Shown piece by piece: positions 39,668 to 51,949 of a stretch of DNA of 64,000 nt (within the stretch, counting starts at the first letter, position 1; the number at the start of each line of letters is the position of its first letter). The translations under genes and the position numbers were made by a program. The stretch is from Antedon mediterranea (Eukaryota > Animalia > Echinodermata): the NCBI RefSeq assembly GCF_964355755.1, contig NC_092673.1:11070948-11134947 (forward strand), written 5' to 3'. The notes below the pieces were generated by a model. It was given only the letters and a program-made list of their open reading frames with translations, was not told the origin of the DNA and made no database searches.

Positions 39668-40312
39668 TATTTCAAAATTCATGTAATCAGCCAAAATATG
39701 TCCAAATCAACTACAAATTGATTATCCTTGAAGCTTAAAAAAATTTCATTATTTATTTGAACTTCCAAAATTTAATTAAAATTATGAAAAAAGATAACAA
39801 TTTATTTACGATCTACACTAAAATTTGGCGTAAATTCAAAAGTGGCTGAGTTTGAGACAGTTCGCTGCACAATGTTGAAAGGTCACACATCAAAATAAAG
39901 CTCATGTACTATTTGACATTCAAAATAAGTTTTAGGGCGGAGTTTTAAAAAGAAACCAATGAAAACTTTGATTTACTATGAGATGGCATAATTTCAGAAA
40001 ATGTCTGTTTCTGGAACAGTGATCTGCATGTGTTGCTATGGCGCAACAAAGTTTATTGGTCAATGCGCTAGATGTTATACGCTCTATACGCGGAAATAAA
40101 AAGTTGTTTGTTTTATTTTACAGCATCGTAAATTAGAATAAAAACGATTTTATAATACAGAACTGTTCTGTATTACTGTATTTGTTTATTCTGTAGTAAA
40201 ATAGAAAATCAAAAACAATTCATGTCATAATCCAATTCTATTTATTTTATTATTGTATATTTAGGCTAATCTATGATGTTGGCCTAACCCGTCAATAGAA
40301 TAGTGGCTAAAT

Positions 40313-41820
40313 TTAGTTATCCGCTTGGTAGAGCGGATAACTCCTGGTTATTGTATTGGATCAATATTTTTTTTCTGTATTGTTCTCGCTTTTTTGTGCA
40401 TCGCGTTTCTCTAAAATGTGTAAACATAACATTTCATAACTTTGACAACATGCGGCCATTTACGTAAAGTTGTGCGCCTAACATTTTGAATGACATCAGA
40501 GTTGCGCAACATGAATTATGCGCGATTTTATGATTTTTAATGATTGATCATAGATTAAACCCCAAGCTCTATTTTTTTTTTTACACAAGTCATATCAAGG
40601 TCAAACTTTCTATGGATTAAAAATGGCATGTTTCACAAGAAGTTACGGGTGCACGCGCATTTAAAATTTCAAAATGCGCAAAATTAATTTCTAATCAACT
40701 TTCTACGCTGTAAAAAAAATTTTACGCGTAAGGTGCGCATGGAGTATGAAAAACATGTTTTTTTCTCTTGAATTATATTTTTCAAGCCTTTCTTAGTAAT
40801 TTTGAAAACAATCTAGACCTTTTCCAGTTTATATAACGCCATACAAACATGTTGATGTAGACAATTCGCGCGCGTTTTTATGAAAAAGCTTAAAAAATCG
40901 TCAAAATAATGTCTTTTTTTATTAACAGTCATAGTTTCTAAAGTAAACCGTGAACCGGTTATTTTTATTACAAAATCTAGAAGTTGATAAGTTGTAGATA
41001 TCGGATCATGCATTATTAAGGCTAGAAAAACATTGTGACGTCATCGTATGGCCACACGAATGTAAAATATAGGATTTTTGTCTCTTTCGTTATTGCTCAT
41101 CACATTCAATGGAGCGCATTTAGGTATTTCTTTTTCTCCGACATTTTAATATTGTCTACGTCAATCAACTATCTTTCGCATGAAATAAAAATATTTTAAT
41201 TTTTATGACGTCATCATGCTTAAAAATTAAAATTACGTGGGTCATTAATTTCATCTTTACAGTAAATTTTAATCTGTAATAGCTCGTAAGAATAAAATGT
41301 GATAATCATGATTAAAACGTTTTCTGGAAGCTATTGCCAGACATTTTGCCAATCGGATGTTGTGATGTCATCATATGGCCACTTGACTTAAAAAAGTCGT
41401 ATTTTCATCTTTTGCGTCATAGTTCATTACATTTAAAAGAGCGCGCATCAATATTTCACGTATTCAAATTTCTTCTACACGTTAATATTTTGTTGCTGAG
41501 ATAATTTCCTTCCGAAATTGCTACCTTCGCGTTTCATTTTGAAACCGTCAACATGTTAAAAATTGGAATAAATAGCGAGTCCCATAATTTCACCTATTCT
41601 ACACTGTATGTGATATGTATACAGATTATACTGTGTATACTATATGACAGAAAATAACAGAAATCAGCAATAACAACATATCATATTCTTCAGTTCAGGT
41701 CATAATGCCATAATCTTTTTCTGTGTGCAATATTCCAACGTATATGACGTGCACGTGGCGTTTGTCATGCGGATAACTAACTCGTCAAAGTGACGTCAAA
41801 GTAACGAGTTACATGTCTAG
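40313..41820 (+). mobile_element. HINE beta, near full length (~1.51 kb)
   Basis: 5' hairpin with loop TTGGTAGA; partly duplicated 3' stem-loop + CTAG. Confidence 0.82.
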
Positions 41821-43029
41821 TTATCATTTATTATATTTCAACAATCGACTCCTAATTATTGATTTAATTTAATGTCCAGTTCTTCATATTACATTTTCTT
41901 TCAATCATCGGATTCAAGCCCAAGACATTATATCACAGCATTTATTCCATGTTATAAATTATACAAATGCAATCGTCAATAAAACATTTACTAAATTAGG
42001 CCTATCATAAAAAGTTGACGTTATAATGCTGCTTTTCGAAAAGTGCATAATTCAAGGGAATAAATAGGTTAAAACAGCATTTGTGGCACATGCAAGGGAA
42101 ATCAGACTCAGCAATTTTCAAAAATTAAGATTTTCACAAATATTGAAACTACATAATCCAAAATTTAAAATGCTGAAAAGATATCTTGATGCCATGTCTA
42201 CTTCAAGAGATATCACAGTCTGAAGTTTTGGCTGTTGCAATCAGTGTTTTGAGACAAATGCTTTTAAAGCTCAGGTAGGCATGAATTTTAAAAATAATAT
42301 CTGGTTAATTGTACATAAATCAAATATTTGTAACAAAAATCAAAACGAAAAAACATGAATTTCTCTTGATATGGTCAAATACAAAATTTGGCAAAATTCT
42401 GCCATAAAAACCAAGACTTTTTATCAGTAAAATAGGTAGTTTAACCTAATGTAATAACATGTCTGGTGACTCCCTAAAAAGTGAAAAAAGATGGTGGATA
42501 TACGGTGGATAATTTTTGCTATAGCATGAAAATAAAAATCTGAAGTTGAATAAAAACCAGAAATGTAAAATTCAAGTTATATACCTATATTTAGTAATCT
42601 GATAACATTTTTTACCACACCATTTATTTTTCATAGCTTTTTAAAATGCCTCTCTATTTACAAAATTTGTGTACAAAAGAATAGAGATTTTACCATGTAA
42701 TTTGATATATCCCCCACACTGATAAGAAAGTGCTTATTTTCAACAAGCTCATGTAACACAAATAAAATCCCAAAAAATTATGACACATAGGGGAAACTAT
42801 AGATTGATAATTATTGGAATGTATGATCAATAGAAATTTTTTGTATTGTCCGAGATTTATGTTGTGTTGATTGGTGTTCCGGGTTCAAATCTTGGTTGGG
42901 AGGAATTTTTCTCATTCTCATGACTTAATTTGGAAAATTAATATAAAATAGTTGCGACAAACTTCTAATTTGTGTATTCTTTGAAACATTTACGATCCCC
43001 GATTTTTATTTATATTGTTTTTACAGGTG

Positions 43030-44248
43030 TAATTAAAACATTAACCCCTTGTTATTTATTCTGAATTCTTTCCCAGAATTTTGTTGCACATGTATCTCTA
43101 ATTTTTGTGGACATAACATTGTATAACTTTTTCAGAAGATTGACCTTAAACTGTATGTAGACGTTAGAGTCGAGCAGCGTAAGTTACGCGCGATTTTATG
43201 AAATTTTATGGTTGCTCAAAAAATTATTTTTCAACAAAACTTTATGAAATTGTATTTCATAATATGGAGCAACTTTTGACATGATAAAAATGGCGTGATA
43301 TGCAAAAAAATTACGCGAGTATGCGTATCTGAAATTTCAAAATGTGCAAAATTAATTTCAATTTCAGGTCATTTTGAGCATTTTAAAATTTGATTAATTT
43401 GTTTGCGTTTTGCGCACGCGCTTGTGCGCACAGCTCGTACAAAGCATAGAAAAATGGTTTTTGCAATTTATTTTTGCTTTCATACCACCTGTACAGTAGT
43501 AGATTTCATTCATTTTGATTAACTTTAATCACAAAATAAAGACGCACGTGAACGTTAAACTTTAATAATCGTGTGCTAAAGAATGGGTAATTTAATGCAA
43601 ATTTGTGCAAAAATATACCTATTTTTAATCAGTTATAGCGCCTCAGGATGGCTGGTTACCCAAATTTTTTTTAATATATTATGGAAGCTGATGAGTGAGA
43701 TAATAATTGATGTAAAATTTGTACCTACCGGATGTTCTGACGTGGCCATATGGCCACTCAAAATTTTTAAATATAATTTATTTCGCTTTAGTACAAGTCA
43801 TTTCACCCTAGATTTGAATATGTTCTTTCACAATCAATTCTCTTTCACATGCGTTAAACAAATTTATCCTACATCCTATTAAAAAATTTGAATAACGTGA
43901 CCTACTTAATTTCGTCTATACAGTATATTTCAATGTGTTATAGCTCCTCAGAATGAAAAGTGACCCGCATGATTAAAACTTAATATGGAAGCTGTGAAAT
44001 TCTAGATATGAATTCCTATAAAATGTTGTCTATTTGGTGTCATGACTTCATCATATGGCCAGTTGAATTCAAAAAGAAAGATTTTCATATCTTTCGTAAA
44101 ATTCCACCGCATTTAAAGTAGCAAGCATCTCGCTTTTTCCCCGTCTAAAATTCTTTAAACTTTCATTAATGTAATTATCATAGGATATGGCATAATAATT
44201 GTTTGCGCGGATAACCCAAACTCGTCAAAGTGACGAGTTCAAATCTAG
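43030..44248 (+). mobile_element. Older diverged HINE with gamma-type 3' end
   Basis: GCGGATAACCCAAACTCGTCAAAGTGACGAGTTCAAATCTAG; 5' hairpin decayed, so the start is approximate. Confidence 0.7.
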
Positions 44249-44310
44249 TTTCTATTAGCAATTTCTTTACTTTTCGTCGATATAATACATGAAACAACCA
44301 AATATCTTAC

Positions 44311-44377
44311 CTCTCCATTAATTGATAGCTTTCCAGTTTGACACATTATTTTCTCTAATTTCTTATCAATTTCTGAA
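44311..44377 (-). CDS. MAP2K7: MAP2K7 exon, 67 bp, SEIDKKLEKIMCQTGKLSINGE
   Basis: ttgtag acceptor, gtaaga donor, phase 2/0; resembles the MKK7 EIDQKLQEIMKQTGYL segment. Confidence 0.94.
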
Positions 44378-44640
44378 CTACAAAAAACGATTCATTGTAG
44401 ATTTAAGAAATCAATATTAACAACAAATTCTCTTTAAAATTGTACTTTTGATAATTTGTAACCTGGTTTTAATAATTGGTTAAGACTAAAACTGTGTGTA
44501 GTACTCATGTGCTTTCATAAAGTAGGCCTAACTACAAAATAGAGAAACCAAATTAATTGATCAAAATCGATTATAAAATTTCAATCAGTGAAGGACCCAT
44601 GAACTCCTTAAGGAAAGTTTATTAAAAATGTACTACAAAC

Positions 44641-44743
44641 CTAGTAATTGATGGACGATGTACTGGTGGACCAGGTCGAGGGAAGTCCACATGGTGCCTG
44701 GGTCGGTTTCTGGTTGGTGTTGAAGCCTCAGGTAAACGAAGAG
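44641..44743 (-). CDS. MAP2K7: MAP2K7 exon, 103 bp, xLRLPEASTPTRNRPRHHVDFPRPGPPVHRPSITS
   Basis: ttttag acceptor, gtttg donor, phase 1/2 fits the next exon; Pro/Arg-rich with RPRH docking-like motif. Confidence 0.85.
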
Positions 44744-44949
44744 CTAAAAAAGTGCAAAAATTCTATATTATTTTCTAATGCACATTAGACTAGGCAATAA
44801 ATTGATTTCAAGAGCATTTCCTTCTCTTTGTTTCATTCTAAATCTACTGTAGGTAGCAACATTTAGGCTATGTTCAGACTCATGACGTTACTAGAGAGGT
44901 CACATTACAAACCATAGAGAAAAAAATGAGGTGTTCAGACCTCAGACCC

Positions 44950-45017
44950 ACTCATGCGCCTTGAGCACTCTTGAGTGGTATGTGCGCTATAAAAATCCTG
45001 TTATTATTATTATTATA
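44950..45017 (+). repeat. L2-type LINE/SINE 3' tail fragment
   Basis: GCGCCTTGAG...GCGCTATAAAAAT followed by (TTA)n. Confidence 0.6.
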
Positions 45018-45364
45018 GCGTACGATTATCGTTACAACGGAAGTGCGTCATTCAGGTTGTTTCTAGTTGCATATTCTTGTGCTCTTACCCACATGTTTCA
45101 TCATTGTTTCCACTGTATATAGGCCTAGATCTTAGCCCTACAAAATCAGGACAAAATTTGCCGTAAATAATAAAACCTCAGCATTTATTTTGTTTAAATA
45201 TAGTTTCTATTGTTTTTATTTTGTAATAAAAAACATTTCCCCAAGGCTCTAATTGTGTTGTTACGAAAATCTGGCGAAAAAAAACAGGCCTCCTGATAGA
45301 TTGTATTGTGTGTAAAGCACATGGAGGGAAATTGTGATTAGTCTGTTGAAAATAACCCTAACTT

Positions 45365-46447
45365 GGGGTGTCACGAAACCTAAGACCACGAAAGCTAAGA
45401 CCCCCTAAGACCTAAGATCACGAAAGCTAAGACCCAAGACCTAAGATTACAAATATTTATCTTTCGCACCTGCCTTGTATTTTAACTCAACATTTATTCT
45501 GAATACCACACCTTAGAATTAGCACTTTATGAAAAAGAATCACATAAAAAGTAACAAATACATTTTTAAATTGATGATTTTACAGACGTTTTTCTCGCAC
45601 ACATACTGTTTGCGAATTTCGCATGACTAGCCTACACTACGTACTACAGTAATTGTAGTGTTCAATGTTTTTGTTTCTATGGAACGTCAAAAGAGCAAAA
45701 ATGATATAGAGTGCTGAAAACTCTGTGGAGTCCATCTACAGTGTGGATGGAACAATGTAAAATTAAAATTGTAATAATAATAGTATAATCATGCTAGTAC
45801 GAAGAAATAAATACTCGCAAATAAATTTTAATTTAAAATCATGATAATAAGTTTTTTTGTTTCGTTTTCTTTCTGTTTTTATACTTGTACTATTATTGTT
45901 GCTCTTTTGGCGCTTCATAGAAACAAAAACATTGAGCATGAGGAGTTACAGTATGTACAAAGAAACACGTCTGTAAAAACATCAATTTAAAGGATTTATT
46001 TATTTGTTTTTATGTGTTTTTCCTTCTGAAAGTTCTTATAAGTCCTAATTTTAAAGTGTGATATTCAGAATAAAGTCAGTTAACAAATTTGGAGTCAAAA
46101 TACAAGAAAGGCAGGTGCGAAAGAAAAACATCCTCTGAACCAACACAATGGAGTAAATATATACCAACAAACAACCAGTCAAGTTTGTTTGTTGTAAAGA
46201 AAAAATATACATTTACTCAACGGACGAAAATAATGTGAGTTTATCTATGTTTTGCGGTAGTATTTAAGTATATTTATGGTAATAAATGAAACCTACTATG
46301 TTTAAAATTATGTATGGATAAACAAGTATTGTTTTTAAGCTGTAGTATATCTTAGAATTTGCAATCTTTAGGTCTTGGGTCTTAGCTTTCGTGATCTTAG
46401 GTCTTAGGGGGTCTTAGCTTTCGTGGTCTTAGGTTTCGTGACACCCC
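45365..46447. mobile_element. Foldback MULE-like MITE
   Basis: ~80-bp near-perfect TIR built of CTAAGACC repeats and starting GGGGTGTCACG; further internal inverted arms; TSD (C)CCTAACTT of 8-9 bp. Confidence 0.8.
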
Positions 46448-47459
46448 CCTAACTTGCTAGTAAAAAAGATACAGCTCCCCTTGTTTACTGAATTTTTTAG
46501 GAGTTAAGGATTTTCAGCATTAAACTTGTCCAGTCTAGTCTGCCTTGTATACTGATTTATGAATGAGTGACTTGATGTCCCATCCTAGCTTTTAGCTTAA
46601 ATGAATGCGTGAATGGCTCTAGCTAGGCTTAAAGATACAACGTTTAATTACAGTAGCGTAGTACGCTAAAACGGTACTATTAACCGTTTTCCACTACAAC
46701 GCTACAAGCGTCGTACAACGCGTTGTACGCTAATCCCAAACTGTTCAGACACACATTCTTTTAGCGTCGTAACCTAAAACGCCATGGGTCTGAACAGGGC
46801 CTAAAATAGTTTTAAATGTATTGCAATCTAACAATTTGTACTGACATACAGTAGATTTTTATACTTTTATACAATATAAAAGTAAACTATATTAATAAAA
46901 ACAAATACTTGAAATATAAATCTGAAACAGACAAAGACACAAATTTTACACTCATTGGCAAAATGTAAAATTCTGTGGCTGCATAGGAAAATAGGCAATT
47001 AGGTGACCAAAAATTAATTTTGCTTAATTAAAGGAAATTGTGTACAGCTATCAGAAATGTAATTACTCCCAGGATTTCCACTAAGGCCTCAAAGAGTAAA
47101 GGTCAAACAATTATTTTGGTATTTTGGTATTATAATTTTTAGTATAGAAAATAAAATTAAAAACATGATCTAACATAGCAATAAATTATTAATAACTACA
47201 GTATTTATCAGTAATGTTTACTGTAAATAATTATTTAGAGACAATTACATTATCCTACAGTACATGCTAGTACCATACTGTATATTTTCATACTATTAAA
47301 CCTAATTTACAAAATTCAAAAAATCCTATGGCACTCTTCAAAATGTAGGGACACCGCCAAGATTACCTTCCAACTGTTAAATGATTATAAAAACTCACTG
47401 TAGTTTAGGGGTTTCTATCTTTAATTATAACATTTTTTTAAATTAAAAAAGCAATTTAA

Positions 47460-48037
47460 AGACACCTTCCCTACGTTTTTAGATCTAATTTAAGATCACA
47501 AACTATATTTAATGTAAAAATAATACTATATGGTCGTATTGCGATAACTTTTTTCGTCTTTAAATGGTTAAAAATGTGAAAAATAAGTCGATTCTAATAA
47601 TTATAGCGGCCCGCTATAAATCCCAAAATGCATTGCACACGGATTGATATTTTTGTTTTTCTTCTGTAATTCACCCACTTTTCGATCGATCGTGAGCCCA
47701 AAACAAATGGAAGACTTTTCAGCGAAAATACCGGGTTTTCCCCAATTTGTATCAACAGAGTCTGGAAAAAATAGAAAGACAATTAATGCAGCAACTATAC
47801 AACGTCAGGCTAGGTATATACTGCTTACGTTACCGATATTTACCAGCTAGGCCTACAAAACTAACCCTAGCTAGGCTAGGCCTAACTAGCTAGGCCTAAA
47901 GACCATCCACGAGAGGTCAGCTGTCGCGAGCTACTTAGGTAGTGCTTTGTTTCTCACTTGACCTGGTTTAATGTTTTTAAAGTAATATATTTATGTATTA
48001 TTTTTACAAAACTTCACAAATTGTAGGGAAGGTGTCT
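47460..48037. mobile_element. Kolobok-like MITE (578 bp)
   Basis: 15-bp TIR AGACACCTTCCCTAC; TTAA on both flanks; 5'-AG termini. Confidence 0.78.
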
Positions 48038-48721
48038 TTAAAAATGAGGTAAAATAACAAGCTAAAAAACAAAATAAATTCCATTGTCAACAATGTCCAG
48101 CAGTCGAAACTAATTCACAGTTTTATTTGTTTGTTTATGTTCACCACCAACAGAATGTACACAAAACAGTAAGTAATGCTACACCAGGCATAGATGGCCT
48201 ACAGTAGCATATAATTAGCTTTATAATATGTATAGTAAATTTAAAAAATATGTTTGGCGGTTTATGGAGGTAGCCAGACTGGTTTGACCATCACAAAATT
48301 AATACTTAATCCCATTGAAATACAAATATTTGTTTGTCATCAAGAAATAAAATAATAGATGGTAATTATTCACATGTTTATCCATGTAATGTGAACCAAT
48401 TATAGGCTATGTTCACACATAGCCACTAACCCTTAGCTTTATCCAGATACAAACGGTCAGGGTGTTCGTTCATACACACATTCTCGATCTAGATACTGAT
48501 GTCATTTTAGCAGAAGACACTTATTTTGTTGACCCAGAAGCGAACTCTGTGTAGTGTGTAGGCCTACAGTAGCTAATAATAGTAGAGATCTAGACACCAT
48601 ACTCTACGCTAGCATAGCTATTTGCAAAACTGGCGAAAATGAATTTCCATTCAAAAAGAAACATTTATTCGTCTAGGCCTAGCACTGATCTCCGTAAACC
48701 TCAACATCGCCACCTCAATCA

Positions 48722-50319
48722 CAGGGGTGGCGCCAGGATCTTCCAGACGCGGGGGCTACATTCCCCGACGAGGGGGCTATGCAAGCGAAACGAGCATCAC
48801 TAGGCTGGGGCCGGGGTGGCCCCCGGTGGGGGTCCAGGGGGCGAAGCCCCCGGAAGCAACGCGTTCTAGCGTCATTTGAGATCATTTTAATCAGATTTAG
48901 GGTAGCCATTTTTTCCATTTTTTATAATGCATAAATAAAATACTGCGCGCAAAAAAACAATGCGCGATGACTGTTTCAATCCATATTTTTCAATTTAAAA
49001 AATAAAAGTTCAAAGAAAATTTAGAAAAATAGAGTTGGAGGTCCCGGAAATTGAACTTATTATACTTCAAAACATGAAACAAATTATAAAGTCCCTATCA
49101 TGGTTGTGACTGAGCTAAGAAATGTTTGAAAAATAGAGATGTTAGGAAAATGCACTTCTTGTACTTCGAAATATGACCAGATTTATTGTTGGGGCTGAGC
49201 TAAGAAACTGTTTAAAACTAGAGCTGCAGGTCTTCAAAAAATTGCATTTTATACTTTGGAAACATCAGGCCTAGAGGCTTAAAAAACGCAAGCGTAGACC
49301 TTTTTCAGTCGGGAAAATAAGTTTATTCCTCCCAAGTGTATGCGTGCGTACCATCTGGACTTCCGAGTGGTGAGAAATTCATGACATACAGGACATTGAA
49401 AATGTAATAACTTAGCTATAATAAGATGTTGGCTAAGCGAAAATGGCATGTTTTTTTGTTTAGTAATGGATGAAAAATTTATTTTAGGTGCCCCACGGTA
49501 CAGAAGGTTACTTGTAAATTAAAAAATTGGTGAACATACGAACAATTAACATAATTCGTTTTTGCTGTAGTGTAGCGTACGTCGACGCAGTACACGACGT
49601 AACCGTCAGTAAACTTCGCCTGGAAAATAACTACAGTACACATTTTGGTCCCTGGATGGAACATGATATCACGCGTCTCGACCCAACGTTGAACGATTCG
49701 TACAAAGGGATACTGCCAGACAAGTGCGAACCTAGCTATTGTTTAGTAGTAAGTTAGATCGCTGCCAATAATGGATGCATATAAAGTGCATAATTCACTC
49801 TGACGTACTCTCACAGTCAATGAAACGTCGCGGTTTTCTAGGCGCTGAAGCTAGCTACGAAGTGAACGCGAACGCTTTTTACTGTATATTATATTCCCCG
49901 ACAAAAAGTACCCGTGTTCCCTTCGGTAACCGTCGGTAAACTTCGCCTGGAAAATAACTACATTACACATTTTGGTCCCTGGATGGAACTTGATATCACG
50001 CGTCTCGACCCGACGTTGAACGATTCGTACAAAGGGATACCGCCAGACAAGTGCGAACCTAGCTATTGTTTAGTAGTAAGTTAGATCGCTGGCAATAATG
50101 AATGCATATAAAGTGCATAATATCACTCTGACGTACTCTCACGATCAATGAAACGTTGCGGTTTTCTAGGCGCTGAAGGTAGCTACGAAGTGAACGCGAA
50201 CGCTTTTTACTGTATATTATATTCCCCGACAAAAAGTACCCATGTTCCCCGACGGGGGGGCTAGGCTCCCCGACGAGGGGGCTAGGCTCCCCGTAGCCCT
50301 CCCGCTGGCGCCACCTCTG
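48722..50319. mobile_element. hAT-like non-autonomous element with an internal ~320-bp tandem duplication
   Basis: TIR CAG(G/A)GGTGGCGCCAG; 8-bp TSD CTCAATCA (48714-48721, 50320-50327). Confidence 0.88.
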
Positions 50320-50474
50320 CTCAATCAAGTAGCGATTGCAATGTAGGCCTAGCTAGAGATATTGAGTGACTGTCAGCAGATCGACAACGTATTATTTGGC
50401 GTCACTTAAGTAAATTCCTGATACTGATAATAAAATGAAACAATGTAATAATTGGTTTGACCACAAATGTTTAC

Positions 50475-50880
50475 AAAGTTTATATGGCATTCATAGATCT
50501 TAGATGTGCATTCGACTCTATTAGACATGATTTTCTCATATTTAACAAGCAGGTTTAGATGGCAAAATTATTAATATTATTATATCATTATCAATGTATA
50601 GTAAATTAACAGCACATGTTAAAATAGGATCAAATGTGCACGTGGTATCCAACAGAGGTCACCATTATCATCGTTTTTGTTTAACGCTTTTCTTAAGGAT
50701 TTAACTGAAGTATTACATATTGCTGAAAATAGAAATGAAATAAAATGCAAATAGGTGATGTAAATGTCAACCATTTGTTATACGCAGACGATCTGGTACT
50801 AATTAGTGACACAGTATAGGCCTTACAAGAATTGCTAAATAAGCTAGCACAATATTGTAATACATGGGGTTTGACAGGTT
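50475..50880 (+). pseudogene. Decayed LINE reverse-transcriptase fragment
   Basis: KVYMAFIDLRCAFDSIRHD ... VNHLLYADDLVLISDT ... LQELLNKLAQYCNTWGL with frameshifts. Confidence 0.8.
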
Positions 50881-50908
50881 CATCAACAATTGATCACATG
50901 AATTCGAT

Positions 50909-51045
50909 CCAACTCGGCCCTAAACCGTTTCGGCCAAAGTCAAGTCGGCCCAATTCAAGTCGGCCCCAAGTCAACACAGCCCCACGTCAACTCGGCCTCA
51001 AGTCAACTCGGCCTCAAGTCAACTCGGCCTCACGTCAACTTGGCC
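50909..51045 (+). repeat. ~15-16 bp tandem repeat GTCAACTCGGCCTCA(A/C), probably a MULE-like subterminal array
   Basis: About 8 imperfect units with no unique spacers. Confidence 0.7.
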
Positions 51046-51949
51046 AAAAACTAATCTAATCACGGCGTCGATAAAATGTTGGTCGTCTGTTTGACGTTGT
51101 TTCAACGCCAAATATAAACGTTACTTCGACGTCCAGTCACGACGTCGATACAATGTTGAAATGTACTTGGATTTGAAAGGTGAATCGACGTCGAGCAACG
51201 AAGTCATTACAAGTTGGATTAACGTTGTGTTCACGATTTCAACGTTGTATCGACGTCAAATTTAAACCATTACACATAATAAAAATTATTCAATTTTTTT
51301 GGTTGAAAAACCAAGTAATATCGCTTTATTTCATAAACAAATTGCAGCAACTATAAATAAAAAATTGTAATAACTAATAGTAATACAGCATAATTACAAT
51401 ATAAATCATATAAATAACTAAAGGGCCTAATCACATCATTTGCAACAGCTCTGAACGAATATCTGACTGGGGCTGTCTTCCAACAGGATTTAGCACCATT
51501 TTTCCAAAATGATATTCAGAAAATAAAAACCAAGAAGTAACACAAACATATTACACTGTCCAACTTAGGTCAACCAGATTATATGATAAGGTGATGCTTC
51601 TAAAGGTGATGACAATGGTGTTTACTAACCCTACGAACCACCAGACGATCGACACAGGTAAATTATCATAACAATACATCATATTCATAGGCTACTAACA
51701 ATACTTGTAGGCCACGTTCAGAGAACAGTGACCTACAATCTACCTATGCATAGGCTATGAAAGGTTACACGTAGATACGAAGCAGCAATTTCTTTCTATA
51801 CTATAGTATCCTAGGCTCACTACTTTTCCTCTGCTACGTCAACGACATGTCTCCTGCAGTTGACTGGTCCAATTTCCAGACGATTCAGCTCTCATGGTTT
51901 CAAGCAATAGTCTTGAAGACATTGCCTTCGTACTACAAAGAAATCTTAA

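Larger units (their letters stand above)
1279..44743 (-). other. MAP2K7: MAP2K7/MKK7 gene, partial span (8 coding exons; first and last exons not found in window)
   Basis: Spliced exons give xLRLPEASTPTRNRPRHHVDFP...SEIDKKLEKIMCQTGKLSINGE-KYQ...GEIGFGSCGHV...VAVK-QMRRSANKEENKRILMDLDVVLKSHDCPYIV...-HRDVKPSNILL...DFGISGRLVDSKARTRSAGCAAYMA-PERIDPPDPTNPDYDVRADVWSLGISL. This matches MKK7-specific motifs; all introns are GT-AG and the phases join. Confidence 0.97.
44866..46801. mobile_element. PIF/Harbinger-like non-autonomous element
   Basis: Imperfect 24-bp TIR GGCTATGTTCAGACTCATGACGTT / GGCCCTGTTCAGACCCATGGCGTT; TTA and TAA flanks. Confidence 0.65.

Noticed and set aside
42870-42910. B-box-like GGTTCAAATC suggesting a tRNA or SINE
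   Set aside because: No convincing A-box, cloverleaf or SINE tail visible
50909-51045. Short regularly spaced repeats resembling a CRISPR array (likewise the stacked hairpins at 5842-6000 and 22876-23060)
   Set aside because: No unique spacers of constant length, no cas genes, eukaryotic intron context; explained as transposon subterminal repeats or nested termini
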